Part shown: piece by piece, positions 9,263 through 19,028 of the stretch
How the letters are laid out: the number at the start of each line of letters is the position of its first letter
Position numbering within the stretch: the stretch's first letter is position 1
DNA from: a virus
Virus record (IMG/VR): IMGVR_UViG_3300031419_000010
Location: 32,001-96,000 of that record
DNA: 64,000 nt
Strand: one strand, 5' to 3'
Position numbers and translations under genes: made by a program
Notes under the pieces: model-generated
The model's input: the letters and a program-made list of their open reading frames with translations, nothing else
Told to the model about the DNA's origin: nothing
The model's database searches: none

Positions 9263-9559
9263 TTATTTTTTGTTGAGGATGCGTACAACTTCTCCCGCAT
9301 GATTGCGAAGTTTGTTAAAGATTAAAGCGTGTTGTTCGCTTTTGGTTTTGTAGCAGTCGATCACTTCCATGATCTGATCACCCAATTCACGGGCAACTTT
9401 ATAACGATGGTTCAGAATAGCCCGATACATCGCACAAGTTTTGTCGGCAACTAGCGAGATAATGTCGCAACTACAAGATCTTCTTTCGAGTTCAAGTTTA
9501 AACGCGATAAAGTCGAGAGCAAGTTTTCGCGCTAGTGCCTGAGTCCGTAAACTGTCCAT
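9263..9559 (-). CDS. Hypothetical protein
   Basis: 98 aa; first gene after promoter copy 4. Confidence 0.65.
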   Translation of the reverse strand: MDSLRTQALARKLALDFIAFKLELERRSCSCDIISLVADKTCAMYRAILNHRYKVARELGDQIMEVIDCYKTKSEQHALIFNKLRNHAGEVVRILNKK

Positions 9560-9607
9560 CTTTGTATTCCCTATATCCGAGTTGAATGGTTGAGTGGCCT
9601 GACCTTT

Positions 9608-9664
9608 AGTTTATCTTAAAATTTGCGTTAATTCTACTGGTATTTTGGACACAAATTTGCAGAG
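9608..9664 (-). promoter_or_regulatory. Conserved phage promoter, copy 4
   Basis: CTCTGCAAATTTGTGTCCAAAATACCAGTA + 21 nt + TAAACT. Confidence 0.8.
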
Positions 9665-9716
9665 ATAAATGGAAAAGGGAACCTATAGTTTTCGTCCATA
9701 GATTCCCTTGAGCATG

Positions 9717-10286
9717 TTAAGTTGTGCGGCGATACTGCTTCATAACTTTTGCGTAATACTGCGGAGATCTTGCGCCGCGCTTGTATGCCGTTTTGCCTAC
9801 GTTGTAAGAATGCACAATGCACCTAACATTGTTTCGGCAGCCAGCTTTCAAGTCGGCAACAATCTCTGCGGCCTTATCCACATTTTTGCGATAGTTCATC
9901 ATCTGTGCGCGGGTAGTGCCGTGGTATTTTGGAACCACCTGACACATTCCAATCGCGCCACGATTGACGACACGTTTTCGGAAATGAGATTCGGTCACGC
10001 ATAACGAAACCAGAAGTTTTTGATCAATGCCGTGGCGTTTTGCCGCCGAGTCGAACACTGCACCAAGATCATCTGGCTGCGGTAAATGCGAGTATAACTT
10101 TTGCAACCGACGAGTCGCCGTCTTTTTGACTGCCGGATGCGAAGAAGTTTTTTCTCCTTTGTACTGAGTTTCAGAAGAAACAGAAGCATCTACTGTGAAG
10201 GGAATAACGAGAGTTAGGATCAGTCCCATGCAAATCATATTGGCACGGGAAACTCTTTTGATCACCTCGAAAAAGTTAACGTTCAT
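9717..10286 (-). CDS. Lytic transglycosylase (SLT domain) with N-terminal signal or anchor
   Basis: catalytic ES(H)F, GAIGMCQV and SYNVG motifs; hydrophobic N-terminal segment. Confidence 0.88.
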   Translation of the reverse strand: MNVNFFEVIKRVSRANMICMGLILTLVIPFTVDASVSSETQYKGEKTSSHPAVKKTATRRLQKLYSHLPQPDDLGAVFDSAAKRHGIDQKLLVSLCVTESHFRKRVVNRGAIGMCQVVPKYHGTTRAQMMNYRKNVDKAAEIVADLKAGCRNNVRCIVHSYNVGKTAYKRGARSPQYYAKVMKQYRRTT

Positions 10287-10326
10287 TGAAAGGAAATTTT
10301 CTCCTAGTTGTGTTGTCGCTAGGCCG

Positions 10327-10608
10327 TCATAATATCAGACCGTAAAGGTTTTTGAATTGTACTGTTCCCCTCCTATCTCTTACCAAACAATCATAGTTGT
10401 ATGGATCGATCCAAATCACTTGCCATCGACCTGCTTGATAGAGATATAAGCGACCTAAGATAAATCTTTCACTGCGCATTTTACGCAATGCCTTTTCACA
10501 ATGCAGACGAAAAAATTTCTCGTTCGCTTCGTACTCATTTCGCGCCAAATATAACAGAACAGCCCGAAGATTTTTAAGAGGCGTGTCTCGTTTCATAAAG
10601 CGACCCAT
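10327..10608 (-). CDS. Hypothetical protein
   Basis: 93 aa ORF. Confidence 0.55.
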   Translation of the reverse strand: MGRFMKRDTPLKNLRAVLLYLARNEYEANEKFFRLHCEKALRKMRSERFILGRLYLYQAGRWQVIWIDPYNYDCLVRDRRGTVQFKNLYGLIL

Positions 10609-10625
10609 ACGTTAAAATTACTTGC

Positions 10626-11192
10626 TTATTTGTCAGTGCTTCCGAAACCACCCACACCGCGCACTGTTTCAGATAATTCCGAAACGATGTTTGGAGTCAT
10701 GCGATTTGTGCGCACAAACAAAAGTTGACCCAGCGCAGTGCCGCGTTTAATTTCAAGTTCGGAAATTTTATAAACTTCCTGTTGCTTAAACTCATCGCCG
10801 TCCGGTGTTTTAATTTTAACGCCACGGATTTGATACTGAGTGACTTCATCGATCTTAGAACCGCCACCGTTCAACCATGCTGCCGCCATCCACGTTCCGC
10901 GATAGTCAGAATCGATCAGGCCAACAGTGTTAGCCAGCGCCAGACCAAACTTCGCGCCGCTGCCGCTACGAGGCAAAAGGATACACGCAAAGTCCGGATG
11001 AAACTCAGCGCGGAAACCGAGATCGATCATTTTGGTTTCGCGAGTGATAACCAGATCTTCCTGTGCGAAAACATCCAGCGCAGCACTGAACGGAGTGCCG
11101 TATGCAGGCACGATGAAATCAGGGTACTTATCCAGATCCGGACAAATGTTGAATGCTTTGATTTCGGTGCTCAGTTCAACTTGATTGGTCAT
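10626..11192 (-). CDS. dut: Trimeric dUTPase with an insertion
   Basis: SAALD, PRSG, GLIDSDYRG, GQL and RGVGGFGST motifs I-V. Confidence 0.95.
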   Translation of the reverse strand: MTNQVELSTEIKAFNICPDLDKYPDFIVPAYGTPFSAALDVFAQEDLVITRETKMIDLGFRAEFHPDFACILLPRSGSGAKFGLALANTVGLIDSDYRGTWMAAAWLNGGGSKIDEVTQYQIRGVKIKTPDGDEFKQQEVYKISELEIKRGTALGQLLFVRTNRMTPNIVSELSETVRGVGGFGSTDK

Positions 11193-11197
11193 GTTCT

Positions 11198-11521
11198 TTA
11201 CCTTTGCTTTATTGATAATGAAAGTTCAAACGTGAATGTTTCCACGCTCTTGTTAATCATGCACTGGACAGTTTTGCCTAAGTGCAGTTTGAATACCATG
11301 CTGTTGCATCCACAACGCGCCGCATGTTCTGCTATCGCAACATTTACGTCGCCAATAGATTTGACGATGCCGATATAGAAAGGCAATCCGAAAGTAGAAA
11401 GGTACGCATAAAACTCTTCACCTTGCTTTAAGCGATCAAGGAAATTGTTTGAGTGCGGTTTATCCTTTGCGACAATCGTATTCATTTTGCGGGAAGCGGC
11501 ACGAACGTTTGGCGCGGTCAT
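11198..11521 (-). CDS. Hypothetical protein
   Basis: 107 aa; overlaps upstream stop. Confidence 0.6.
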   Translation of the reverse strand: MTAPNVRAASRKMNTIVAKDKPHSNNFLDRLKQGEEFYAYLSTFGLPFYIGIVKSIGDVNVAIAEHAARCGCNSMVFKLHLGKTVQCMINKSVETFTFELSLSIKQR

Positions 11522-11967
11522 GCGCGTTCAACGCTGTAATGGCATTCGGTTGCGTTGATGATCTTGCCTTCCAAGAAACCCTCATCAATACGAATCAAGG
11601 TAAGTGGGCCTCGATCAAAAATCACGGTGCCGCGTACAACACGGCGCAGATTGCCGTGGAAAAATACTTGCACTGTTTTTCCTTCGTAACAATGCTTGCT
11701 AGTCACAGGCCCAAGAAAATCATAATGTTCCGGATGGTTTTTAAAACTCAACGAATCCATGTAGTGCGTGGTGTTGTCGTTAAACTGATCATCATCCAGA
11801 CGCACAATTTCACGATTCGGAGTTTCTGCATCGCTGCGAACGATCACGCCGCGCAGAGTTTTATCTGAACCGTCTGCCAGTTTGATAACGAAAGAAACTT
11901 GCTTATCCAGAGACTCAGGATTTTGAATTGGAAAGCGAATGAAGTTTACGGTAGAAACAGCGCCCAT
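11518..11967 (-). CDS. Hypothetical protein with two tandem SH3-like repeats
   Basis: KQVSFVI..LRGVIVRSD..IVRLDD vs KTVQVFF..VRGTVIFD..LIRIDE. Confidence 0.7.
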   Translation of the reverse strand: MGAVSTVNFIRFPIQNPESLDKQVSFVIKLADGSDKTLRGVIVRSDAETPNREIVRLDDDQFNDNTTHYMDSLSFKNHPEHYDFLGPVTSKHCYEGKTVQVFFHGNLRRVVRGTVIFDRGPLTLIRIDEGFLEGKIINATECHYSVERA

Positions 11968-12025
11968 TATTTTACCCTCAGACAAAAACAAGAAAAGCGC
12001 AGCAGATGCCACGCTTAGTTTTGGT

Positions 12026-12298
12026 TTACAGATTCACGACACACGTTTCATCATGAATCGGAAATTCGTTTGCATCAAGTTCACCAGAAAGGCGAATCAA
12101 GTGCATGTACATTTCGCCGTTGCCTGCGCTGTTGATCATAACCGCGTTCGCAACAAAACTGTTGTCGATTTTCTGAATAATGATTCCTTTCGAATCAAGA
12201 ATGCCAACCAAATCAGTTAACGAGTAAAGGCCGTTGGCATAAAGAGTGATTGCCTCAAGCGCAGGTTTTGGAATAATAAGTTCTTTCATTTCTTTCAC
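12026..12298 (-). CDS. Hypothetical protein
   Basis: 90 aa ORF. Confidence 0.6.
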   Translation of the reverse strand: MKEMKELIIPKPALEAITLYANGLYSLTDLVGILDSKGIIIQKIDNSFVANAVMINSAGNGEMYMHLIRLSGELDANEFPIHDETCVVNL

Positions 12299-12299
12299 C

Positions 12300-12596
12300 T
12301 TACATTGACTGCAAGAGTTTGAGATCTTCTTCGCTCATTAAATCGCGGAAAGAAGGTTGATTTGAATTTGCGGTACGTCCGATATGATGCAGACGAATTG
12401 CTGCACCAACAGCGTCGTCGATTGCGGTACGTGCATCAACGCCACTCATAATTTTTGCGATGATTTCTTCGCGGTGCGGAAACAAGGAAGTTGTGTTTAA
12501 TCCTTCTGCCTGCAAACGAATCATTACTTCGGTTTGCATAACTGCGTGAGTTTTTACCATCACGTCCATTGCTTTCTTGCGATTCAATTTTGCCAC
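12300..12596 (-). CDS. Hypothetical protein
   Basis: 98 aa ORF. Confidence 0.65.
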   Translation of the reverse strand: MAKLNRKKAMDVMVKTHAVMQTEVMIRLQAEGLNTTSLFPHREEIIAKIMSGVDARTAIDDAVGAAIRLHHIGRTANSNQPSFRDLMSEEDLKLLQSM

Positions 12597-12599
12597 AAC

Positions 12600-13061
12600 T
12601 TAATTCCCCGCCATTACTTCGTCATGGATAGCCGTCAGTGTATCAAGCAGGCTTTTCTGAGAGTTGTAATTATCCATGATGTTTTTGTTAAACGCGCCGA
12701 TCTCAAATGCGTTGTTGTCCGTGCTTACGAAATCGTAACGAATAGGTGACTTGTCTTTAAATGCAAAAACAATCGTTACGCCGTAGTCCGTGCTTTTAAC
12801 GCTGACACGTTCGGCCTTTTCAGCAACAGAACAAATCAGAGGCCACATCGGGCGCGTTTCATAAAGCGAGGAACTTACGTTGAAGTCGATCTCAGCAGTT
12901 TGCAGGAAATCAAAACCTTTGAAGGTTTCCTGACAGTGCTTGTTGACCTGTTGAGTCAGTGCAAGATCTTTCATTACGATCTTTGGCTCAGAATAACTAG
13001 CATTTGATTGCTGTACCGATGCAAACAAAATTGCAGATAACACGATGCTAGAGATTTTCAT
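12600..13061 (-). CDS. Secreted or periplasmic hypothetical protein
   Basis: signal peptide MKISSIVLSAILFASVQQSNA. Confidence 0.7.
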   Translation of the reverse strand: MKISSIVLSAILFASVQQSNASYSEPKIVMKDLALTQQVNKHCQETFKGFDFLQTAEIDFNVSSSLYETRPMWPLICSVAEKAERVSVKSTDYGVTIVFAFKDKSPIRYDFVSTDNNAFEIGAFNKNIMDNYNSQKSLLDTLTAIHDEVMAGN

Positions 13062-13073
13062 TACAATATTTCC

Positions 13074-13304
13074 TTATTGATGTTGTTTGGTTGTGAACAC
13101 GACGCGTTCAGAAAATTCGTTTAATACATTCCAATCAGTTTGCGATCCGCTTTTCATTTTAAGCAGACGTGCAACTTCAATTGCTTTTTCAGCAGTTGAG
13201 AAACTTGCAACCTGACCAGCCAATCCGATCTCATCCATGAATGGGCCGGAGTAACCTTCGCCTAAATAAACTACGTTAGCGTTTGCTACAGCATAGTGAG
13301 CCAT
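13074..13304 (-). CDS. Hypothetical protein
   Basis: 76 aa ORF. Confidence 0.6.
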   Translation of the reverse strand: MAHYAVANANVVYLGEGYSGPFMDEIGLAGQVASFSTAEKAIEVARLLKMKSGSQTDWNVLNEFSERVVFTTKQHQ

Positions 13305-13309
13305 GAGCG

Positions 13310-13480
13310 TTACCCTTCCTTTAAAATTGCTTGACGATAAATTTCGCTAAACGTTACTTTAGCGGAAGAAGCAGAATTTTGTTGAATCAGTTCTGCACGG
13401 CGTTTGTGCGACTCCTGTTCCTGATTCAACTGGTAAAACTTTACGGCCTCAACCGGAGTAACGCGCTGTGAGATTGTCAT
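13310..13480 (-). CDS. Small hypothetical protein, 56 aa (MTISQRVTPVEAV...), not in ORF track
   Basis: AGGAG RBS; first gene after promoter copy 5. Confidence 0.65.
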   Translation of the reverse strand: MTISQRVTPVEAVKFYQLNQEQESHKRRAELIQQNSASSAKVTFSEIYRQAILKEG

Positions 13481-13570
13481 GTAAAGCTCCTTTCTGAAAA
13501 CCTAAGTTTTAGGAAAGACGCCTCAGCAGCCCTTCCCGCCGGACAAGCCCAATTGCCTGCCCGTTGGTTT

Positions 13571-13627
13571 AGACTACCTGAACAATCGGGCCAAAACCAG
13601 CCCTATTTTAGACAGTTATTTGCAGAC
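13571..13627 (-). promoter_or_regulatory. Conserved phage promoter, copy 5
   Basis: GTCTGCAAATAACTGTCTAAAATAGGGCTG + 21 nt + TAGTCT. Confidence 0.75.
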
Positions 13628-14277
13628 TTCCTTGTGTCGAATTTCGCAGTATGGATGATGGTATCAACCATGCAATGTACGGTATCGCCGCCCAACATGC
13701 CATAGCCGTACTTTTTGGAATCTTCCGGTGCCAGAGTCATTCCCCAGCCGCCTTGCGATTCGTGGTACTCGTCAAAATACAGCGGCGAGTAGTGAACATC
13801 GTAGCCTTTAAATTTATAGCGACGGGCTACTTCGCAAATACGAACATACTGCATGTGGTAGGAAACATCCTCCAGTTCGTAACTTCCTTTGTCGATAATA
13901 CTCTGAACCCGAACTTGATCGGGAAATTCAAAGCGGCCTTTTTCAAAGTGTTCCATGATCGCGCACGTAATAAAATTGGCGCTCAGTTTAAAACTAGCCA
14001 GATACAAAATCAGCGGCGTTGGATTATTGTGGCGAGTAAGCGCACGAATGATTTTTGGATCAGGCAAATCTTTAGCAGGTATTGGTTTTTGAGGTTTGAT
14101 TCCATTCGCAAGGAACGGAAGAAAGGATTTGGTATCCGGATAGGATTGCAGGCTTTCGAGAAGTTGTTTAACTTTCTCTGCGCGGGTTTTTGCTTCGGTA
14201 TCGCAAAACACATTGTGAAGTGCCGAGATTTCTTTATCAGAAAATCCAGCCAGTTCTAAAATTTGTGCTTCCATCAA
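13603..14277 (-). CDS. Hypothetical protein
   Basis: 224 aa ORF. Confidence 0.7.
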   Translation of the reverse strand: MMEAQILELAGFSDKEISALHNVFCDTEAKTRAEKVKQLLESLQSYPDTKSFLPFLANGIKPQKPIPAKDLPDPKIIRALTRHNNPTPLILYLASFKLSANFITCAIMEHFEKGRFEFPDQVRVQSIIDKGSYELEDVSYHMQYVRICEVARRYKFKGYDVHYSPLYFDEYHESQGGWGMTLAPEDSKKYGYGMLGGDTVHCMVDTIIHTAKFDTRKSANNCLK

Positions 14278-14290
14278 ATTTTCACCCTTT

Positions 14291-14318
14291 AAAAGAAGTG
14301 GCCTGAATTAACAGGCCA
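14291..14318 (-). terminator. Putative intrinsic terminator
   Basis: TGGCCTG/CAGGCCA stem followed by CTTCTTTT. Confidence 0.6.
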
Positions 14319-14324
14319 GCTTTG

Positions 14325-16334
14325 TTATTTGTTTGCCATGCGCTCCATAGCGTTCATGAACATTTCAGCCAGACGCGGCGCACCGAGTTTCTTCAAACTG
14401 AGATCGCTGTATCCACGCGCTGCCAGTTCCTGAATCAGTTCCTGACGATTCAAAGCAGGAATCACATCACGAAAGTTTTCTTTCGTAACTTTCCCTTTAG
14501 CGGCAGGCGCAGGTTCAGGTTCAGGCTCAGATTCGTTTTCACGCTTAATTGCCATCAGTTCTGAATAGCTCATAGTCTGCGCACGGCTATAGCTAACCCA
14601 CTTGTTTGATACCACAAGTTCGATCAGGCTGGCATGTTCCGTAGAGATAGTAACTTCATCGCTGTCATCTTCGTCACTTTCAACTACAGTAGTCTGTTCA
14701 GATTCTGGAACAAATTCAGATGCAGCAGAATCAGGATCGATTAACGGTAGAGTATACTGTTCAGCCGTGGCATTGATCTTATCAGCGTACTCATAGAACT
14801 TATAAGGCTCGTCTGCATCTTCCACGATACATTCGATTTCTTCAAGAAGCTCACTGATAGAATACGTGTGAAGGTTATCAATAGAGACTAACGATCCAAG
14901 CAAGGTGCGCAGAACAGAACGACGGAAAGCAGAACCTTTGTGAAGATTTTTCTCCTGCCACTCAATGAATTTAGTGCGCAGCGTATCAGCAGGATCAACA
15001 TAATCATGGAAATCAATATCGGTCAGCTCGAAAAGTTTTTGCACAATTTCGTAGTGGCGAAGTTTTTTGATCTCGTCCATAGACACGATCTCACCGATGC
15101 CTTTCTGCAAAGTATAAAGCGCGTTGCCTAGTACCACGGTAGGCTGAAACTCAAGCTCCTTGAATACGTCAATACCGGCTCCGTCTTTAATGCGGCGCAT
15201 AATTTTTTCTTCAATCTCAGCAACAGAAAAAATAGGGTGTTCGCCTTCTTCCTGTTCGTCCTCGTCTTCCTCTTCTTCTTCGGAATCGGATTCTTCATCG
15301 TCGTCTTCTTCCACAGAATCATCGTCCGATTCATCATCCCAATCGTCGTCTTCGTCGTCTTCCTTTTCGTCGTCTTCCTCTTCGTCGTCTTCCTCTTCCC
15401 CTTCAATCTGGAGATAGACGTGAGTTGCAAACTCATCAAACGCGACAGACTGATTAGAATTGTTGATCGCATTAACGTCAATCATTTCTTGAGGGTCGCC
15501 TTTGTGTGCAGAAATACATGCAGCAACAAAACAATCGAAAAATTCTTCGAAGTCGGTATCGTTAAAATCTACCCAACGATTAAACGATTCTGCGGTGATA
15601 AAGTATTTATCGCGCAGACGTTTCAGAATTTCCTGCGGCCCAAGCAAAGCAAGGTTAGTTGCTAGTGTCGGAATGCGGGTAACTGTTTCCAGACCAATAA
15701 TGACAGCAAAGCGTTGAACCGTTTCAAAAGGGAAAACACTGCACAGGTGCCGGAATACGTCTTTCCCGATCTCACTGTTATCATCAACAATGGTTTCAGG
15801 ACTAATGCGAGAGCGCAGAGAAATCCAGTTAGAAGATTCGCCTGCCGCATCGAATGCGTAGCGCTGCGTAAAGAATTCATTCAGGCCAGCACATACCGGA
15901 AACACGCGGTAGAAGTTTCTCAGGTCAGCAAACAGATGCGCCAAAAATGCGCGACGATCTTTGCGGTCAAATGGAATATGACACAAAGCGGCCAGGCGAG
16001 AAAGTTCGTTGTTGTTCTCCACGCTCAGAAGATCGTTAACATCAAAACGGCGAGTCAGTTGCAGCGTGTCAGTCACAACGCTTTCAATTGTCATCACGTT
16101 AAGATTTGCAAACTCTTCTGGCAACTCATCGCCATTGAAAACCATACCGAGGAAACCAGAACACTCAGACGGGTTAAGATGCTTCTGCATAAACGCCAGC
16201 AGGGTTTGTTCCGGCGTCTGGTCAGCAACAACGTTTTGCTGATAGCTAAGAAGATTGTCAAAAGCCGCTGCAATCTCTTTCAGTGCGGTAGCGCGACGTG
16301 CAGGATCTTTAGGCAGATTGATATAATCAAACAT
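14325..16334 (-). CDS. Large acidic protein with central D/E tract and several HEH-like motifs
   Basis: about 670 aa; roughly 55-residue nearly pure D/E run; C-terminal LNRQELIQELAARGY. Confidence 0.8.
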   Translation of the reverse strand: MFDYINLPKDPARRATALKEIAAAFDNLLSYQQNVVADQTPEQTLLAFMQKHLNPSECSGFLGMVFNGDELPEEFANLNVMTIESVVTDTLQLTRRFDVNDLLSVENNNELSRLAALCHIPFDRKDRRAFLAHLFADLRNFYRVFPVCAGLNEFFTQRYAFDAAGESSNWISLRSRISPETIVDDNSEIGKDVFRHLCSVFPFETVQRFAVIIGLETVTRIPTLATNLALLGPQEILKRLRDKYFITAESFNRWVDFNDTDFEEFFDCFVAACISAHKGDPQEMIDVNAINNSNQSVAFDEFATHVYLQIEGEEEDDEEEDDEKEDDEDDDWDDESDDDSVEEDDDEESDSEEEEEDEDEQEEGEHPIFSVAEIEEKIMRRIKDGAGIDVFKELEFQPTVVLGNALYTLQKGIGEIVSMDEIKKLRHYEIVQKLFELTDIDFHDYVDPADTLRTKFIEWQEKNLHKGSAFRRSVLRTLLGSLVSIDNLHTYSISELLEEIECIVEDADEPYKFYEYADKINATAEQYTLPLIDPDSAASEFVPESEQTTVVESDEDDSDEVTISTEHASLIELVVSNKWVSYSRAQTMSYSELMAIKRENESEPEPEPAPAAKGKVTKENFRDVIPALNRQELIQELAARGYSDLSLKKLGAPRLAEMFMNAMERMANK

Positions 16335-16941
16335 TGGCTTCTTCCTCTTCAACGATGTTTGCGCCCATCAGAAACTCGATGATCGCGCCGTGTTCTGTTT
16401 TTACGTCGCTGTGTTCATCAGCGCCAGCAAGATAAGTTTGATACTCTTCAAGGAAATTCATTTCCTGAATTTTCGCCAGCAGATGCTCACGATTCATATC
16501 CTCTTCTGCCGGAAACTCATCGTTGATTACATACAGGCTGTGTAGCTGATCAAACGTCAGTGCATCCAGCACGAAATCTTTGTGAACCTTCGGATCGATT
16601 TTTGGATCGTACGTGCGAGAAAGCAGACGTTCCTGAACCAGTGATTCGCAATCGCCAAAGTTAAACCACAGTTCAGACTTGTGCGGCTGAATGTTGTTTG
16701 GCTCCAGAAAGTTTTTGTTGAAGAAGTTGCGAAGCGTGTCGATGTGCTTGCCGCTATCAGCCAGACGGTTAGACAGCAGATAAACAACACGCGTACGATC
16801 AGAACAATCGACGTTTGTGATTTCCATCGCTTCTAAAACATCGGTAAGCTGCTTGTCGTTGAACAGCGCCAGTGCATACCACCATTCGCCTTCTTCCAAC
16901 AAACGCGCAATAACCAGATCGCCATTAATTTGCTTGCTCAT
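16327..16941 (-). CDS. Hypothetical acidic protein with two HEH-like motifs
   Basis: FNDKQLTDVLEAMEI..DRTRVV and LTFDQLHSL..NREHLLAKI. Confidence 0.75.
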   Translation of the reverse strand: MSKQINGDLVIARLLEEGEWWYALALFNDKQLTDVLEAMEITNVDCSDRTRVVYLLSNRLADSGKHIDTLRNFFNKNFLEPNNIQPHKSELWFNFGDCESLVQERLLSRTYDPKIDPKVHKDFVLDALTFDQLHSLYVINDEFPAEEDMNREHLLAKIQEMNFLEEYQTYLAGADEHSDVKTEHGAIIEFLMGANIVEEEEANV

Positions 16942-16951
16942 CTTTTTACCC

Positions 16952-17770
16952 TTAAACAAAATCGTCTTTTAAGTCGGCACGAAAACCAGCAGCCAGTTCC
17001 GGCGTGATCTTTTCGTACGTGTAAGTTAATGCTTCGAACACCGCAAGAGTTTCGTCTTTCGGTTTCCAGTTCGACCAATCAACCCATTCAGCATTCGCTT
17101 TGTATGTTTCAATGCCTTCATAGATCATATCGGTAACGCTTTCTGCAAGCAGCGAATCTTCGTAGTCTTCATCAAAAATGTCTATGCCGATAGAAGCCAT
17201 CAAATCATCGCGCTGTGATTCTTTAAGCGCGTTGTTCAGGAAGTCCAAAATCTTTTGTTCCTGACGATGATAAACAACATAGTCCATCATCATTTTGAAA
17301 AGCTCAAGGCGCGTTTTATCTTCAAACACGCGAGGATCTTCTTCGGGCATCAGCGCGATAAGTTGCGGAACACTTAGCTTTGAAAGTTCCTCCGCACTAT
17401 CCTGCATGTTTTCTTTATCGACCAGAACATCAGCCGCACGACACGCCGCCACCAACTCAGTTGGATGCTGTGTCATCAGATACGCCTGAATGCGTTCGTC
17501 CATAATAAAGTCAGCAGGACGCGCAAACATCGGATGCTGCGTTGCCATACGAATCAGAGCGCCAACCATGATATGAATTTCATCACTCACTTTTGACAGT
17601 TCAAAAATCCGCTGCGAATAGTGCTCCAGTTCTTTTGGGTGCTGGCTCAGTTCTGCTTTTTCCAGCAACTGATAAAACTCAGGAGTGAACTTGTGTGAAC
17701 CTGAACGAGCAGCAGCATAGATAAAGCGCGTACCCGAAATTAATTCTGACAGACTTGCATGAGTTTTCAT
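16952..17770 (-). CDS. Hypothetical acidic protein
   Basis: 272 aa; GAGG RBS. Confidence 0.75.
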   Translation of the reverse strand: MKTHASLSELISGTRFIYAAARSGSHKFTPEFYQLLEKAELSQHPKELEHYSQRIFELSKVSDEIHIMVGALIRMATQHPMFARPADFIMDERIQAYLMTQHPTELVAACRAADVLVDKENMQDSAEELSKLSVPQLIALMPEEDPRVFEDKTRLELFKMMMDYVVYHRQEQKILDFLNNALKESQRDDLMASIGIDIFDEDYEDSLLAESVTDMIYEGIETYKANAEWVDWSNWKPKDETLAVFEALTYTYEKITPELAAGFRADLKDDFV

Positions 17771-17879
17771 AGACGCCTCAGTTTTTAGGTATCAGCTTAT
17801 CACACTGCTTGTTCAAGCGGCGCAAATGCCAACGGTTGATATAGGAACGAACAAAACGGGAAAACTTTTTAAAGGACAC

Positions 17880-18833
17880 TTACCGCCTCCGAAGAAGATC
17901 CGCTACTGCGAGGTTTTTAGCTTTTGATTCGCACATAATGTCGAAGTCCTCAAAAGACAACGCCCACGCATTAACTAATGGGTTATGAAAATAATCCGAG
18001 TGAGCACGTAGTTTTGTTTTCGGAAAAGGAATCTTGTTCTGATCCGGAAACTCGTCAGACGGAACATACTCAGGACGTGAAACAGAATAGTGCATTGTTG
18101 GGCGAACACCGCGCCAGCTTTCAATAACACGCTTAACGCGTTTATCGTTTGGCTTGATGTATTCGTTTGTCATTACCCAATGATGATGAATATCAAGAAC
18201 GACAGGAAGCAGATCGCTAAGCGTTAAACATTCTTCGACGCTGCTTGTCAGTTCGTCATTTTCAACAGTCAACATTCTGCGGCATTCAGGCGACAGCAAT
18301 TTAAAGTTGCGTCTAAATTCGCTGGCTCCAAGTTTGCCGCTCAGGTGAATGTTGATTTTGAAGTCTTGAAACTTTTTGCCGTAACCCATCAACGTTGCAA
18401 TCTCTGTGTGATACTCAAGATCACGCAAAGAGTTTTCTACAACGTGAGGCTTGTCACTCGCAAGCACGGTAAACTGACCGGGATGAAACGAAAGCCTAAC
18501 GCGATGCAAACGCGCAAGCTCACCGAGATCTTCCAGCAGCGTAACCATATTAGGCAACACATACTTGCGACTGATCTCTCTGAAACTTTCATGCGTGAAT
18601 AACGGTAGGAGTTCGCTTGTTATGCGCATCATGCGTTTCTGTTCCGGACGGATAGCCAACATTTTTGTCATAGCAATAACACTACGAATGTTTGACTGTC
18701 CAATCTCAACCAGCTTTGCAATTTGTTCACGCTTAGGCAAAAGAGATAAACGCGCAGCAGTAACAGTGCGCGAAGGGAAAGGCTGCTTGCCGTCAGCACT
18801 CATATATTTACAAGCGAATCCTACACGTTGCAT
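17880..18833 (-). CDS. uvsE: UV damage endonuclease (UvsE/UVDE)
   Basis: GFACK, RITSELLP, RLSFHPGQF, ENDE, LDIHHH, HYS, RAHSD and ESKAK motifs. Confidence 0.95.
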   Translation of the reverse strand: MQRVGFACKYMSADGKQPFPSRTVTAARLSLLPKREQIAKLVEIGQSNIRSVIAMTKMLAIRPEQKRMMRITSELLPLFTHESFREISRKYVLPNMVTLLEDLGELARLHRVRLSFHPGQFTVLASDKPHVVENSLRDLEYHTEIATLMGYGKKFQDFKINIHLSGKLGASEFRRNFKLLSPECRRMLTVENDELTSSVEECLTLSDLLPVVLDIHHHWVMTNEYIKPNDKRVKRVIESWRGVRPTMHYSVSRPEYVPSDEFPDQNKIPFPKTKLRAHSDYFHNPLVNAWALSFEDFDIMCESKAKNLAVADLLRRR

Positions 18834-18842
18834 TAATAGTCC

Positions 18843-19028
18843 TCAGAAAGAATCGTATTTCGGATCGGGCATTGTGTGGCTATCAGGAATGCCATTTTTA
18901 AGAGACTCTGGTATCTCTTTACAGATATTGGATTTTGAATCGCGCAGTGCTTTTGGCAGTTCGTGCGAATCGTGTACGCGGTTGCGCATCTTATCCGGAA
19001 TGCGTTTACCTATATCAGAATTTTTCAT
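18843..19028 (-). CDS. Small protein with short internal repeats
   Basis: IPDKMRN / LPKALRD / IPESLKN / IPDSH. Confidence 0.55.
   Translation of the reverse strand: MKNSDIGKRIPDKMRNRVHDSHELPKALRDSKSNICKEIPESLKNGIPDSHTMPDPKYDSF

Noticed and set aside
15160-15665. Plus-strand poly-Ser and Phe-rich ORFs (also 47911..48444 and 53549..54160)
   Set aside because: Antisense shadows of D/E/K codon runs in the real minus-strand genes
17823-17880. HDV-like (theta) ribozyme
   Set aside because: GUUCCUA resembles an L3 loop, but I could not build the P3-P1'-GG order or P2, and no adjacent tRNA is present
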